From IMG/VR virus record IMGVR_UViG_3300048670_000254, positions 1 to 31,629 of that record: 31,629 bases of DNA. The stretch is one strand, 5' to 3'. The notes beneath the pieces were generated by a model. That model saw only the letters and a program-made list of their open reading frames with translations. It was not told where the DNA came from and made no database searches. Of the stretch, positions 16,941-25,371 are shown one piece after another (positions within the stretch are counted from its first letter, which is position 1; each line of letters opens with the position of its first letter). Both the position numbers and the translations under genes were made by a program. The stretch comes from a virus. Its lineage: Duplodnaviria > Caudoviricetes.

Positions 16941-18940
16941 TATTCGCTCCGTGCTTTGTCCAATTGACCGACAATTTTTTTAGCCCTTGCGAGTCCGGCA
17001 TCACCGCCCCACCCCATGTATGCTTGCCATCCCTTGCCGTGTTCGCTCCATGTCGAACCCTTCTTGTCCACCTCATGGCGGGACAGGAAGCTATAGATCC
17101 TGCGCCAAGTGCGGGGAGAAAGCTTTTTACGCCCGATAATGTCCCTAGCTCTTGCGATTCCGACCTGCGTCATTCCACGCTGGCTGGCTGGCTTTTCAGC
17201 CCTTACCCGCAAAGCAGATTTGGCCGCCTCGACCATGCCGTCACTGGGGTAAAGATCAATATCAGCGATGCCCTGCATTTCGATTGCATCCAATATCATT
17301 TCGGCATCCTGCTTGGTAAATTCTTTAGATGTGCTTGTACGCCTAGCTCTAGCCGGAACATAGTCGTCTTCTAGGTGCTGTTGCTGAATCTTTGCGATCT
17401 CTTGTTTGGGCTGTTCATCGGGAACCTGTGGTTGTTCCGGTGCTGGTGCTTGAGCCTGTGGGAACGATGGCATGGATGGCTTAAAAGCCTCGGAAATGGA
17501 TTCGATTGGAACACCCATTTCTTGTGCTAAATCCTTTGCGTATTTGACCTCGTAGGCTCGCTGACGCATGGCTTCTTCGTAGTCCTCGCCTTTGGTTCCA
17601 TATGCCTCGGCCGCAGTCATCAGTCCTGCTTTAAACATTGAGATATTTGCTTGCGAATCACGCCCTACATCTATGGTGCTGTCCGATGGATAGATCCACT
17701 TGCCCCTTGTAAAATTGCTGTGAGGGGGGATTTTACCCCTAGAGATTCCGTCTGCGATGACCAAGTTCTTGATCTTATCAAAGAATCGATCCTCTAGGAT
17801 AGTCTGCCAACGCCTGAAGGTGCGGGAAGCCAGTGCCATTTCAAGCCGGACTGTCGGGCCACCCAACTTGGACAAGTCGTAACAGAATCCAAAAGGCAGA
17901 TTGAAAGCCAAGGCAATCATGTGGACGATCAAATCGACATACCCTTGGAAAGCCGACGATGGGCGGTTGCTTTCAAACATCTTCATTTCTGAACCTGTGG
18001 GGATATAGTTGATCTGCCCCCTCTGCATATTTTCTAGGTTCATGCTGTTGCCATAAGAATCTGTTTCAGCCTGATTGAAGTAGGATGCGGGATCGTCGGA
18101 AGATCCGGTTGCATTTGAAATGGTCATAATCCGGAACGCCGCATTCTTAACGGCCAGATTCTCGGCATCCATGGTTTCGGCCAGATCCTTACAGTAGTTA
18201 ATTACAGAGGCCAGATGGCTACGACCACGAACCTCGTCCAGCCGGAGGGGATCATAAATAAACAGGAAAGAAGAGGCGGGAACTTCTTGTGCATCTGTAT
18301 AAAAGTTGCCCTGTGTCCGGCGATATACTTTGTAAGATTCCGTGCGTCCGTACTTATCAAACCTGACTCCACCAATGTATTCTTGGCTGGATGTTGGATT
18401 GTCGAACATACCACCAATACGATCTGCCTCTACAGCCTGAATTCGGATGTCGCTATTAGGATCTACCTGATCACCAATCGATCTCTCCCTAGTAATTACG
18501 AACCCAACATCGCCGTCACGAAGCACGGAACGAAGGGCAAGATGAGAAAGAGCATGAAAATTATTCCTTCCGAAGAAGTCGCACTTCCTGCACCAAGACG
18601 ACCAGTAATCCTCATACGACTGATCAATCGCCCTGTCTCCGGTGCGGGACATATATCTGAAATTACCAAGGGCATACTGCGAAAACTTCAGAAGGATTGA
18701 CCGGATGATTGGATTGTTATCCTCAAGATCACGACCAGCCTTAATCAATTCAATACGCTCGTAGGTAGAATTGTATCCTTCACCACCAGACAATGGCCGT
18801 GATGGTAGCCTATCACGAAGGGGATAAGCTCCGGCAAATCTGGTTAACTCTGTAAGCTTGCACTTATCGGCAAGTCTTTTAACCCCGAACTTGGGGTTAA
18901 TTGCAGTGATGGCTTTCTCAAGAAAATTCAGGCTAGGCAT
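16940..18940 (-). CDS. Portal protein, lambda family, with extra C-terminal domain
   Basis: GRDLEDNNP, VLRDGDVG, IQAVEADRI, GGVRFDKYGRTESY, DEVRGRS; synteny with terL and gpW. Confidence 0.9.
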   Translation of the reverse strand: MPSLNFLEKAITAINPKFGVKRLADKCKLTELTRFAGAYPLRDRLPSRPLSGGEGYNSTYERIELIKAGRDLEDNNPIIRSILLKFSQYALGNFRYMSRTGDRAIDQSYEDYWSSWCRKCDFFGRNNFHALSHLALRSVLRDGDVGFVITRERSIGDQVDPNSDIRIQAVEADRIGGMFDNPTSSQEYIGGVRFDKYGRTESYKVYRRTQGNFYTDAQEVPASSFLFIYDPLRLDEVRGRSHLASVINYCKDLAETMDAENLAVKNAAFRIMTISNATGSSDDPASYFNQAETDSYGNSMNLENMQRGQINYIPTGSEMKMFESNRPSSAFQGYVDLIVHMIALAFNLPFGFCYDLSKLGGPTVRLEMALASRTFRRWQTILEDRFFDKIKNLVIADGISRGKIPPHSNFTRGKWIYPSDSTIDVGRDSQANISMFKAGLMTAAEAYGTKGEDYEEAMRQRAYEVKYAKDLAQEMGVPIESISEAFKPSMPSFPQAQAPAPEQPQVPDEQPKQEIAKIQQQHLEDDYVPARARRTSTSKEFTKQDAEMILDAIEMQGIADIDLYPSDGMVEAAKSALRVRAEKPASQRGMTQVGIARARDIIGRKKLSPRTWRRIYSFLSRHEVDKKGSTWSEHGKGWQAYMGWGGDAGLARAKKIVGQLDKARSE

Positions 18941-18943
18941 AAA

Positions 18944-19369
18944 TTATTTTTTCTGGCAACTGCCCTTTTCGTATGGCTTCACGCCAGCAACAGGTTCGTA
19001 ACCTTCCCAGCATCTTCCTTCTTCTTTGCCCATGTTTTCGGTTGTCTCCTTTTTCCTTGGCAAATCGATATTGAATCCAAGTTTATCAATGTACTGGATT
19101 GCATCGTCGTAATAGTGAGCAACGATGTTTGTGTCGGTTGTAGAAGGGATCTTTGTGTTCACTTGGTAGGCTCTAGCAATAGCCTCTTTGGGTTGCTTTA
19201 AAAGCTCTTCTTTTATGCTGTAATATTGCGCTTTGTCTTCCTCGCTGGATGGATGCTCTGCCCTAGTGATCTTATGGGATAGATCCATCAGTTGCTTGAA
19301 CAGGTTGATTGCCTTGCTTGAGTCTGCAAGCATTTCAATTGCTTTATCGATAAGTTCTAGGATTTTCAT
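18944..19369 (-). CDS. Hypothetical head-region protein with C-terminal CWEGY...GSC motif
   Basis: RCWEGYEPVAGVKPYEKGSC; tightly packed between head genes. Confidence 0.7.
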   Translation of the reverse strand: MKILELIDKAIEMLADSSKAINLFKQLMDLSHKITRAEHPSSEEDKAQYYSIKEELLKQPKEAIARAYQVNTKIPSTTDTNIVAHYYDDAIQYIDKLGFNIDLPRKKETTENMGKEEGRCWEGYEPVAGVKPYEKGSCQKK

Positions 19370-19370
19370 A

Positions 19371-19844
19371 TTATTGCAGTGTTAATAGGTACTTTAGCCT
19401 GTTTAGTTCCCCGACAACTCCATCCCGAAGATTGAGTAGATCGGTATCGGATGCTTTTACGCTCTGTGTGAATTCTCCCATGAGAAAGTCGATTGCTTGA
19501 TTTGCCAGAGTGACTCCGGCTCCATCGACTAGGTTCATAAGAGAAATATTGAAGTTGTTTGTTGCGTAAGCTCTTCCATATCTACCAAAATATGTTTCAA
19601 GAAGCTCGTCAATTGAATTATCTAGGATCTCGTAAATCTTTCCAAAACTATTGTGATAGCTGTAACTTTTAGTCTGCCAGTGGTATATCCGGAACTGGTT
19701 TTGCACATAAAGTAGTTGAGCAACAATGATTTCTGCATTGTTCTTTAGTGAAATCTCTGTCAAAACCTCGACTGGTTCCTTCACTACCTCAAACTCGTTC
19801 TTGAGCTTGTCCACTTTTTCAATCATTTTGTCGAGGTGATTCAT
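19371..19844 (-). CDS. Ferritin/Dps-like four-helix protein (DUF5856-like)
   Basis: YHWQTKSYSYHNSFGKIYE...IDELLETYFG...DLLNLRD...LKYLLTL. Confidence 0.75.
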   Translation of the reverse strand: MNHLDKMIEKVDKLKNEFEVVKEPVEVLTEISLKNNAEIIVAQLLYVQNQFRIYHWQTKSYSYHNSFGKIYEILDNSIDELLETYFGRYGRAYATNNFNISLMNLVDGAGVTLANQAIDFLMGEFTQSVKASDTDLLNLRDGVVGELNRLKYLLTLQ

Positions 19845-19870
19845 ATTTATCGCTATTTATATCAACCAGT

Positions 19871-20128
19871 TTAATTCCGGCCACCCCTTGAATAATCTGG
19901 GAAAGTGCGATTGATCCTAGCCCTTGGGCCAGCAAGTCTATTGATCGCAACTGTACATTCCATTACAGTGTTCTGTAGCTCCTGTAAATTAGCCCTCGTA
20001 AGTTGCCTTCCACCAATGCTATAGGATGCACCAGTCTTTAGGATGGCTTCGATTGCTGTAAGGGCTTCTGTGCGAATCTGTGTAACCGTGGCCAGATCCA
20101 AACCGTAATATACACCCTGAATAGCCAT
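19871..20128 (-). CDS. gpW-like head-tail joining protein
   Basis: AIEAILKTGASYSIGGRQLTRANLQEL; lies between terL and portal. Confidence 0.75.
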   Translation of the reverse strand: MAIQGVYYGLDLATVTQIRTEALTAIEAILKTGASYSIGGRQLTRANLQELQNTVMECTVAINRLAGPRARINRTFPDYSRGGRN

Positions 20129-20141
20129 GCTTTTATATAGC

Positions 20142-20147
20142 TGTCAA
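20142..20147 (-). promoter_or_regulatory. TTGACA element 13 nt upstream of ATG 20128
   Basis: Member of the TTGACA-N13-17-ATG family; a TTGATA variant lies at 19860-19865 before ATG 19844. Confidence 0.5.
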
Positions 20148-20326
20148 CACTTGCGCCTATATTTACGCCGTTGTTTTACTCGCTTCCAGATAACTTCGTT
20201 TTTATCAAAATTGATCGATGCAAGCATCATTTTGTTATAAAATGCATATCCAATCCCTGTAACCATCATAAAATAGCTGAATACATGACCAATATAATAA
20301 AAAACATAAGCTAGAATTGTATTCAT
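20144..20326 (-). CDS. Small hydrophobic hypothetical protein
   Basis: ATGA overlap with terL; aromatic hydrophobic N-half and basic tail. Confidence 0.6.
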   Translation of the reverse strand: MNTILAYVFYYIGHVFSYFMMVTGIGYAFYNKMMLASINFDKNEVIWKRVKQRRKYRRKC

Positions 20327-22116
20327 TCTTTTGCCTGTTCAATTTCTATCTTGTCATCTTGAGGCACTGGCATACATCCGGACAGCATGGCTCCTACTAG
20401 ATTCATGCATTCTGCGTCCATTAAGTGGTTATCCTTGCGAATACGATGCCATACCATTTTAGTCCTTCCGGACAGGGGATTATACTTTGCCCTCTTTACC
20501 TCTGCGCTTAAATGGTTGTGCCACTCTTCGGGGCAGTCATCCGGTATCTCCCACTTCGACATTTTGCCAGTCTTTAACAAGCTCAACATATCCTTTACAG
20601 CGGGATTTGACCAGCGAATCACAGGACATTTAGACTTCATCAGCCCCTCTGCCTGTGCTGACCTTCCTGTTCCGGAAAGAGGATCTCCCCAGTTAATCGT
20701 GCTGAATGGGCGAATCATTCGTCCGGTAGGAGTCACATGAACGAATTGGGCAGAGTCAGAACCCAGAAGACAAGTCCACCCCCACTTACAGGCTTGGAAA
20801 TAAACCTCTCTGGTATTGGAGCCACTGTCGCAGAACACCATTTTATCGCCTACACCCCAGTCCAGTTGCAAGGCTCGTAGGGCATCCCATGATTCCAGTC
20901 TCCCACACCACTCCAGCTTGCTTTCGCCATTGTTTTTCCATCCACGCACGACCACCCACATATGGAATCCTTTGGCTTCTTGAATATCCGCTGTGATGAT
21001 TCGCTTTTCGCATTCCTCAAACTTCTGTCCCATCTTGTATCCGGAGCCGGATACCTTTGTCTGGTTCTCCTCCTCGATCTCTACCCAAGGCTGGGCAAGC
21101 ACTGAATTCACGAAATTCTGCAACCCCATGACGCTCTTTTTGTCGTTTAGGAACTGTACGCATAGCTTCCCAAAGGTTTCCCATGGTGAATATATGCCGG
21201 AAAGATGGTAGGACTTCACTTGAGGCTCTGGATTGAGGTTTGTTGGCTTCCATTTGCCCATCCTTAACATCTTTGTCTTGTGGCCATCAGTTATCCTTCC
21301 CTTGCACGAAATGCACTCATAATAGGCACTAGAACGCACTTTTTCGTTATCCCACTCGCCATCTGCATTCTTGGCATTATCATCCCATTTTACTTGTGGC
21401 CAAGTAAGAACCTGTTCCTCGTTACAAAAGGGACATGGCACATAGTAATACCTTTGGTCACCTCTCTTGAAGCTTTGCCAGATATGGCCATAATCTGTGG
21501 TTGGGGTGGATGTTTGTACAGTAAGGGATAGGGGGTAAGTCTTCGTCCTGACCTCTGCCAACTGAATAGAATTGGCTTCCTTGGATGTTGCCTCGGACAT
21601 CTTATCAGTTTCGTCGCAAATCAGTAAGCCTACGCTACGAGATGCAAGATTGGCCGGACTGTTACTGCCAAAAAACCATACCGACATTTTATCGAAATGC
21701 TGTTCCATGAGCTTGTATTTATCCAGATTCTTTGGCTTATGCCGTGCTAATGCCTCACAATCGTCCACCATGGGCAACCAGCGGTACTCGGAGAAGGATC
21801 TGGCTAGATTCTCGTTGGGCATGACCCACATCGTAGGAATGGGCTTTAAATCCAATCTGTAGGCTAGTCCGGCTAGGATCGATGTGGTCTTGGCGGTCTG
21901 CGCCCCCCAGCACAGAATCATGGTTCGCAGTCGCTCGTCCCTGAAGTTTTCCAGTGGTTCCCGAACATATGGGGTTAACAGGGTGGAGTATGGGCCAGCA
22001 GTCGAGGACACTCGCTCTGACAGGTACAGGTTCGTTTCAGCCCATTCTGTTACTGAAAGATCCTTTTTAGGAATCCAGAATGTCTGGGCAAGTATTTCTA
22101 GCTCCTGCGCCGTCAT
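20323..22116 (-). CDS. terL: Terminase large subunit, lambda GpA family
   Basis: GAQTAKT Walker A variant, LLICDETD Walker B, TSTPT, YYVPCPFC...CISC, FVNSVLAQPW, TADIQ, NHLMDAE. Confidence 0.95.
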   Translation of the reverse strand: MTAQELEILAQTFWIPKKDLSVTEWAETNLYLSERVSSTAGPYSTLLTPYVREPLENFRDERLRTMILCWGAQTAKTTSILAGLAYRLDLKPIPTMWVMPNENLARSFSEYRWLPMVDDCEALARHKPKNLDKYKLMEQHFDKMSVWFFGSNSPANLASRSVGLLICDETDKMSEATSKEANSIQLAEVRTKTYPLSLTVQTSTPTTDYGHIWQSFKRGDQRYYYVPCPFCNEEQVLTWPQVKWDDNAKNADGEWDNEKVRSSAYYECISCKGRITDGHKTKMLRMGKWKPTNLNPEPQVKSYHLSGIYSPWETFGKLCVQFLNDKKSVMGLQNFVNSVLAQPWVEIEEENQTKVSGSGYKMGQKFEECEKRIITADIQEAKGFHMWVVVRGWKNNGESKLEWCGRLESWDALRALQLDWGVGDKMVFCDSGSNTREVYFQACKWGWTCLLGSDSAQFVHVTPTGRMIRPFSTINWGDPLSGTGRSAQAEGLMKSKCPVIRWSNPAVKDMLSLLKTGKMSKWEIPDDCPEEWHNHLSAEVKRAKYNPLSGRTKMVWHRIRKDNHLMDAECMNLVGAMLSGCMPVPQDDKIEIEQAKE

Positions 22117-22640
22117 AGCCGGAAGTCCTCATGTATGGAAACAAGTTTAGTGCCTAATGGATAAAGAATTTTCTCGTCGTCTGTCTGGCAAATAACATTC
22201 CTAGCGTGTTTAAGATGCACGAATGCCCAATTCAAAAGCACATCATCCATCTTCATGTCCGTAAAAACAATATCTCTGGCTGGACGCATCTTCCACAGGA
22301 ATTTGATTCCCTCCCTGCTGATGTTGTACTTTTCAGGAAGATCCGGAGCAACACCTACCCAAGAACGCATTTTGAACTTTGAAAGCTTGTAGATTATATC
22401 CAAACAGGCTTGCTGTCCGTTTCCACAGAACCAGACAGGGTAGCCCTTGCCACTCAATATCCTAGTATTCTTCTTTTCGTTGCTGGTGTGGGGCGAGAAA
22501 AAGAACAGATGCGGGTAAATGGAATGACCCATGCAGTCGTCGGCAAGGAATACAGCAGAGTTTGCGTGTCTGCTTTTCGGATCTCCACAGCAGATGATGG
22601 CCGCCTCATCGGGCTTTTCATACTTATCCGAGGTTCCCAT
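22113..22640 (-). CDS. Hypothetical protein
   Basis: 175-aa ORF overlapping both neighbours in the operon. Confidence 0.65.
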   Translation of the reverse strand: MGTSDKYEKPDEAAIICCGDPKSRHANSAVFLADDCMGHSIYPHLFFFSPHTSNEKKNTRILSGKGYPVWFCGNGQQACLDIIYKLSKFKMRSWVGVAPDLPEKYNISREGIKFLWKMRPARDIVFTDMKMDDVLLNWAFVHLKHARNVICQTDDEKILYPLGTKLVSIHEDFRL

Positions 22641-23229
22641 GGGTTTCGTAAACAGATGCCAAGATGATGTTGGCGATTCCCTCGATCTTTTTGCTCTCCC
22701 CGATCTGCTTGACCTTCCCCATGAAATCCTTCAAATCCTTTTTTTCCACATAAAGGGGGATCATTTCCACATCGCCTGTCTCGATTTCCTCTTTTATGTC
22801 ATCAACTTCTGGTGGCGCACCAGTAAGCATCTTTTCGATCTCCTCTTTGGAGAATCCGGTCAGTTCAATGTTTAGCGGGGTTTGGTCAATTTCTTCAAGG
22901 AGGCTTTTGAGGGCTTCGTTGTCGAATTCCCCCGCAAGGTTGTTGAGTGCGAGGTTTGCGACTTTCTCTTTGTCTTCCGGCAAATCGACTGCCCACACAT
23001 CGACTTCATCACGCCCCATGGCTTGGTAAATTTTATACCTCTGATGCCCACCAATGATCCTGTTTCCAGTCCGAACATTGATCGTGATGGGTTGAATGTC
23101 TCCCAACTCTGTAAGACTTTTCGTGAGGCGACCCAACGCCTCTGGAGTAATCTTTCTAGGATTGTAACCAGCCCCTTGTATCTCATTCAGTTTTAACCTC
23201 AATATCTTGGGGTACTTGCTCATTTGCAC
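22624..23229 (-). CDS. ParB/Srx-like N-terminal domain protein
   Basis: YNPRKI...SLTELGDIQPITIN...IIGGHQR...ANLALNN. Confidence 0.8.
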   Translation of the reverse strand: MQMSKYPKILRLKLNEIQGAGYNPRKITPEALGRLTKSLTELGDIQPITINVRTGNRIIGGHQRYKIYQAMGRDEVDVWAVDLPEDKEKVANLALNNLAGEFDNEALKSLLEEIDQTPLNIELTGFSKEEIEKMLTGAPPEVDDIKEEIETGDVEMIPLYVEKKDLKDFMGKVKQIGESKKIEGIANIILASVYETHGNLG

Positions 23230-23878
23230 CTAAAATGGGTTCATTTTCTTCTAAGTCAACATCTTTCATATCCCCAAGCTTTCCACCTTTGGTTTTCTCA
23301 ATTACTGCTATGATTTGCTTTACCCCATCTGAAATCGCATCTTTCGCTAATTCCGGATCACTGGGGTTCGCCCTCCGGCAAACGCTCGACCCAAGTCCTT
23401 CCATAAGATTTCGAATGGTAATCATGTATCTGGCAAAGATGTTTCGCACCACATCTGCATCAATCTTTGCACCCATCGCAACCTGCAACGACTCGACTTT
23501 GATCTCTGCCTCCATCCTGCTTTTGACTGCTTCACGATGCGCCTTTACCAAGCTTGGCAGTTTATGAGTTTCGTTGTTCACCTGTGCATTGTGCAGAATT
23601 GCATACGCCACCTTTTCAGTATTCCTTGCTCTGGCCAAGCACCCATAGATGTCGTCTCTCGATAGGTCACCCTTGCTTACTGGAACTGAAGTATCCTTTG
23701 GAATGACTACACCTCCAGAGATGCTGTTGGATGGAAGCTTTCCGGATCGTTCCCTATTGTTCTCTCGCCAAGCAGTAGCGTTCTCGATTGTGTCTGTTGG
23801 CATTCCCTTATTTTTAAGCTTTGAAATATAGGGTTGAGAGCATCCCCAAGCGTCTGCTATTTCCTGAAGTGTTGCCAT
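23183..23878 (-). CDS. terS: Terminase small subunit (Nu1-like)
   Basis: N-terminal HTH TLQEIADAWGCSQPYISKLKNKGMP...W, coiled middle region, RRANPSDPELA; upstream of terL. Confidence 0.7.
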   Translation of the reverse strand: MATLQEIADAWGCSQPYISKLKNKGMPTDTIENATAWRENNRERSGKLPSNSISGGVVIPKDTSVPVSKGDLSRDDIYGCLARARNTEKVAYAILHNAQVNNETHKLPSLVKAHREAVKSRMEAEIKVESLQVAMGAKIDADVVRNIFARYMITIRNLMEGLGSSVCRRANPSDPELAKDAISDGVKQIIAVIEKTKGGKLGDMKDVDLEENEPILGANEQVPQDIEVKTE

Positions 23879-23883
23879 TTCAT

Positions 23884-23912
23884 TTTATACTTTGAATTTA
23901 TTTAGTGGGCAA
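23884..23912 (-). promoter_or_regulatory. Sigma70-like promoter TTGCCC-17-TATAAA-5-ATG
   Basis: -35 at 23907-23912, -10 at 23884-23889, ATG at 23878. Confidence 0.5.
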
Positions 23913-24013
23913 GCCTTATTGTATCTTATGTTATAACTTAATGTTCAGTAAGTTATGTAGTTAAGAATTTCGTCAGGGCTTCGCCAACCTGCAAAGCATT
24001 CCTAAAGTAAAAG

Positions 24014-24469
24014 TTATCTTAACTGTAGGGAGATCCTTCTCCTCATACGAGCCAGTCTGGATTGCTTACGAGCATTGAACTGCTTGTTATCCTTTGACCT
24101 TACATACCCATTGAGTGCTAGGTGGTAATAGATTGTATTGTGATCCTTCCTTAACGCCCTGCTGATAGCAAGTCCACTCATGCCTCGCTTGTATAGCTCG
24201 CATATCACATCGCCTCTAAACCTGCTTGTGTTCTCATCCCTCTTGCTAGATAGTACTAGATTGTATTGTTCTGGGGATAGCTGGTTCTTTAGGAATTCAT
24301 GCGCTTGCTCTTCTACTGTCCTGAACTTGGGCTTACCCTTGGCATCTGTGCTACCACCCCCTGTGTGTAGGGTGAGCCTGTCTAGTACCCCCATCACTCT
24401 CTTTAGCTCTATCTCTAATAGGGCTACTCTGTTGGTTACTACTGCTATGCTGTTGGTTGATTCGATCAT
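24014..24469 (-). CDS. DNA-binding protein with DnaA domain IV-like HTH
   Basis: GMSGLAISRALRKDHNTIYYHL resembles SLxxIGxxFxxRDHTTVxH. Confidence 0.65.
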   Translation of the reverse strand: MIESTNSIAVVTNRVALLEIELKRVMGVLDRLTLHTGGGSTDAKGKPKFRTVEEQAHEFLKNQLSPEQYNLVLSSKRDENTSRFRGDVICELYKRGMSGLAISRALRKDHNTIYYHLALNGYVRSKDNKQFNARKQSRLARMRRRISLQLR

Positions 24470-24978
24470 GGGCTTTCCTCCTTTGCCATTTTGTTGAATG
24501 CTACTTGTATAGTATCTGGTGCAGGTAACTTGAGTACACAGCTACCATATAGGTAAGTGCCACCTGTGTAGTAGCTTGGTGGGAATATTGTCCCCCTAGC
24601 TTTCTCCTTCATTACATCTACTTCTTTTAGTCCGGCCTTCTCTAGCTCAAGTATCCTGTCGTTGAATGGGGCATCCTGTAGTCCTGCATAGTATAGGCAC
24701 TGCTCCTGTTCTAGTGTTCCTATCCTTGCGCTGTTCTCATCCCAGAACTCGAACTGCTTTAGTTCCGGACAGAGTGCCACGAACTTCTTCCAGTTCTTTC
24801 CTTTGCTAGTCATGTAGTAATAATCACCACATACTTCGTCTTCGAAGACTGCGTGTTCGTTGCGCTTCTGTTTTGTCCTGATGCCCCAGATCCCAGCTAT
24901 TGAAATATAGCCATCGACCATGGAAGCACTGGCCAGCAGGAACTCATCTCCCACTGTTCTCCAGACTTGGAAGTTCAA
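24466..24978 (-). CDS. Hypothetical protein
   Basis: 170-aa ORF coupled to its neighbours. Confidence 0.7.
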   Translation of the reverse strand: MNFQVWRTVGDEFLLASASMVDGYISIAGIWGIRTKQKRNEHAVFEDEVCGDYYYMTSKGKNWKKFVALCPELKQFEFWDENSARIGTLEQEQCLYYAGLQDAPFNDRILELEKAGLKEVDVMKEKARGTIFPPSYYTGGTYLYGSCVLKLPAPDTIQVAFNKMAKEESP

Positions 24979-25250
24979 CTGTTTAATTCCCCCATAATCT
25001 CGCTAAAGCCTCGTTCTAGCCCTCTTTCTGTGGCAACAAGGAATTTATCCAGCTTGCCAAATGCACCCTTTATAATCGACCTTTCTGATCGACCATAGAA
25101 CTGATTCTTCTGCTGTAAGCCAGCTTTGACCAGTTGCCGGATGAACCCCATAGCCTCTTTGTCTGGGAATAGCAAACTGCATTCCATGGGGGTTTTGCGC
25201 CTCTTGGTTGGGTAATCTCCCTGCGTTCTTGCGATGCCTGATGAACTCAT
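24975..25250 (-). CDS. Hypothetical protein
   Basis: AAGGAGG SD upstream. Confidence 0.7.
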   Translation of the reverse strand: MSSSGIARTQGDYPTKRRKTPMECSLLFPDKEAMGFIRQLVKAGLQQKNQFYGRSERSIIKGAFGKLDKFLVATERGLERGFSEIMGELNS

Positions 25251-25260
25251 GTGTGCCTCC

Positions 25261-25371
25261 TTATACTTTGTGTACTACTGTGTGGAAGAGCCATACTACC
25301 AATGAGACTGGGTACAGCCACCAAGGTAGATTGTTTGCGTGGATAATCAGACAGGCTATGAACAGCGTCAT
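25261..25371 (-). CDS. Possible 36-aa membrane peptide
   Basis: MTLFIACLIIHANNLPWWLYPVSLVVWLFHTVVHKV*; ATGA overlap with the CmoA-like stop; fills the gap exactly. Confidence 0.5.
   Translation of the reverse strand: MTLFIACLIIHANNLPWWLYPVSLVVWLFHTVVHKV

Noticed and set aside
23909-23936. dif-like site (TGTATC-TTATGTTATAA)
   Set aside because: The XerD-like arm matches E. coli dif at 9/11 but the XerC arm only at 4/11, in AT-rich DNA; likely chance.
23933-23956. loxP-like site
   Set aside because: Arms are only 8 bp and no tyrosine recombinase is present in the window.
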